This document shows positions 35,573-37,637 of a stretch of 37,637 nt of DNA, piece after piece. Numbering within the stretch: position 1 is the first letter of the stretch; every line of letters begins with the position of its first letter. Below the pieces are notes generated by a model, which was not told the origin of the DNA, did not search any database, and saw only the letters and a list, made by a program, of their open reading frames with translations. A program made the translations under genes and the position numbers. Source of the DNA: Bigelowiella natans CCMP2755 (Eukaryota > Protista > Cercozoa); NCBI GenBank assembly GCA_000320545.1, contig ADNK01001441.1, positions 1-37,637 of the forward strand, given 5' to 3'.

Positions 35573-36185
35573 TTGAGAGTTATCATCGATCGACAGCCCA
35601 TCTCGAGCGACAGCAACAGCTATACGTCTTAGCATCATCTAGATCATGCATACCGAGCTGTTGGTGATTCAACAAGCTTTGTTTGTAAAAGCCCATCTAG
35701 CACATCTAGACATGTACCATGCAGCATGCTAGCATGCCATGTGCAGAAAGCAGTGCGTGGCATCATTGCTGGATTGGCACTATAGGCGACAGTGATGAGG
35801 CTAGCAGCCGCAGCTACACGAATATGACAATTGAAAAGTTTCATTACTCCCGTCTCGTACGTGTACCGAGTCCTACAGTGCAACTATGAAGACGCTTATT
35901 CAAGCGGCGGCCATTCACTGCACACGCCGCCTACAAATTTTGTTTTTGGCTTTTCGCGTTCGTCGAATCATACACGCTAGCTACGATAATTACCGCATCT
36001 AGATCATGTGCTCACAGCAGCGTGCTTTTCATAAATATGTAGATATACAAGTAGGACATAACTGTTGCGTAATACTCTTTTTTAAAATTAAATGAACACC
36101 GAAGTATAATTTCAATAGCGACCGCCTACAATGAATCGACGCCTTTTCCTACTAACACTACTACTACTACTACTACTACTACATT

Positions 36186-36246
36186 TCAAAAGAACCCAGC
36201 AAAATGTAGGGAAGTAGCCATGGTGCCTATGGATGTAGAGAAGACC

Positions 36247-36283
<37 letters not shown>

Positions 36284-36411
36284 GAGGGGGGGGATGGAGG
36301 AAGGTGTTCATAGCTGCACGAAGTTGTTTAGCATACAACGCTGAGTACAAGCCACGGCCTCGACCATTGGTGTGCCGGAACGCTCAGATAGATGGCGGTT
36401 GTCATGATATT

Positions 36412-36447
<36 letters not shown>

Positions 36448-36499
36448 TCATGATATTATACATATATATATATATATATATATATAGTGTCATGATATT

Positions 36500-36540
<41 letters not shown>

Positions 36541-37296
36541 TTATATAATATATTTACCCATAATTCCGATGAGAACGCCAAATACAAGGAGGGCTATCGC
36601 CCGGGAGGGGGGCTCCGAAAGCGCGTCCGCCCTCTCGCTGCTACTGCTGCTGCCTGTTGGTGGAAAACAAAGGGGGGGGGGCGAGGGGAGGGAGGCATTA
36701 GATGGATATGGACAATGCAAGATTTAGAGCATTCTCAGCCATATGCGTTGATGAAGGGTTGCGGGGTTGAGGGCTAATGATAATCGTGGTAGCTTCCTAC
36801 CTTTCCGCTTGAAGCCGTAGTCCATGATCGTATGCTGCTCTCTCGTCGTTCCCTATGGATCATCATCGAGGCGAACCCACCACGGGAGGGAATAGGAGTC
36901 AGCACTCGCCAAGCCAGCAAAGCAGAGACAACGATCGTCGGTAGTAACCCACTACACTAGCAGTACCATCATCATCATCATCATCATTACCATCGTAGCG
37001 TGTAAGCGGAGGTAAAATAGAGCGGGGAGGATGTAGACGAAGCACACGCCGACCGTGGAACCCATGAATGCGAACACCACTCCGATGTCTGTGGATGGGA
37101 GAGGAGTGGGTGAGGGGGGGGGGGGATGGGAAGAAGAAGGGGATCAACAATGGTGCGTGGCGGTCCTCCTGTTGTGCGAGTGACGACTGCCAGCTGTTGT
37201 TGTGATGATTGATGATCGCAGAGCAGTTGTAGACCATCACACATGCAAGAGGAAACTCGAAAGCGTTTCTGCTTTTCATACGCTGTAGATCTCTCT

Positions 37297-37348
<52 letters not shown>

Positions 37349-37637
37349 TGTATGTGTGCGTGTGTGTTTTGCCCACTTCACTCTTTCCTCCTCCTCCTCC
37401 ACCACCACCTCCTCCTTCTACTACTACCACTCCTTTCACCTGGAACGAGCAGTCCCACGATAAAGGAGAGGATGATGATGACTACGGTGATGCAGGCCTG
37501 CTGCCTCTGGTCCCCCCCCCCGCACGCAGCTCCCTCGCAGCAGAAGGACGACGGTGCTTGGTGTGGCTGCTCTTCATCTGCTGCTGCAATGCCAGCGACG
37601 CCCCCCCCCCCCCCCCGGTAGCAATATGGCTTGGGGA
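36186..37637 (-). CDS. Amino-acid transporter (Aa_trans/AAAP, SLC38-like), 3' part, runs off the window
   Basis: Spliced: ...QQACITVVIIILSFIVGLLVP|DIGVVFAFMGSTVGVCFVYILPALFYLRLHATM|GTTREQHTIMDYGFKRK|ALLVFGVLIGIM|GTMATSLHFAGFF-TGA (36186-36188). The P-D/N-I..V...GS......F/Y-ILP..FY pattern is typical of the last helices of Aa_trans proteins. Confidence 0.8.
36400..36535. repeat. Intronic compound tandem repeat, three copies of TGTCATGATATTATACA(TA)n
   Basis: Units start at ~36400, 36446 and 36488, with (TA)n tails of variable length. Confidence 0.85.

Noticed and set aside
36400-36535. Repeat-spacer appearance suggesting a CRISPR-like array
   Set aside because: The spacers are just (TA)n, the repeat lies in a eukaryotic intron, and there are no cas genes.

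Overview
Intron-dense eukaryotic nuclear DNA from a protist with basal bodies or flagella (delta-tubulin is present; a chlorarachniophyte/rhizarian origin is only a guess). Most introns carry microsatellites, so most entries in the ORF track are spurious. Manual GT-AG splicing gives, in order: (1) the 3' end of a hypothetical + gene; (2) a ~2,200-aa receptor on - (F5/8C-like, Cys-rich, LamG, mucin stalk, REJ, GAIN/GPS, 7TM) with one frameshift in a homopolymer; (3) a 954-bp non-autonomous DNA transposon with 45-bp TIRs and an 8-bp TSD; (4) a very long lipin/Pah1 gene on -; (5) a small Cys-rich + gene; (6) an orphan multi-pass membrane gene on -; (7) a 25-exon delta-tubulin on +; (8) the 3' end of an Aa_trans amino-acid transporter on -. 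The most striking signal is a ~1.8-kb tract covering the transposon and its flanks. There, essentially every TpA dinucleotide is absent except inside CTAG, while CpG is retained. This looks like the footprint of a repeat-targeted A-to-G (T-to-C) mutagenesis system, opposite in direction to fungal RIP.
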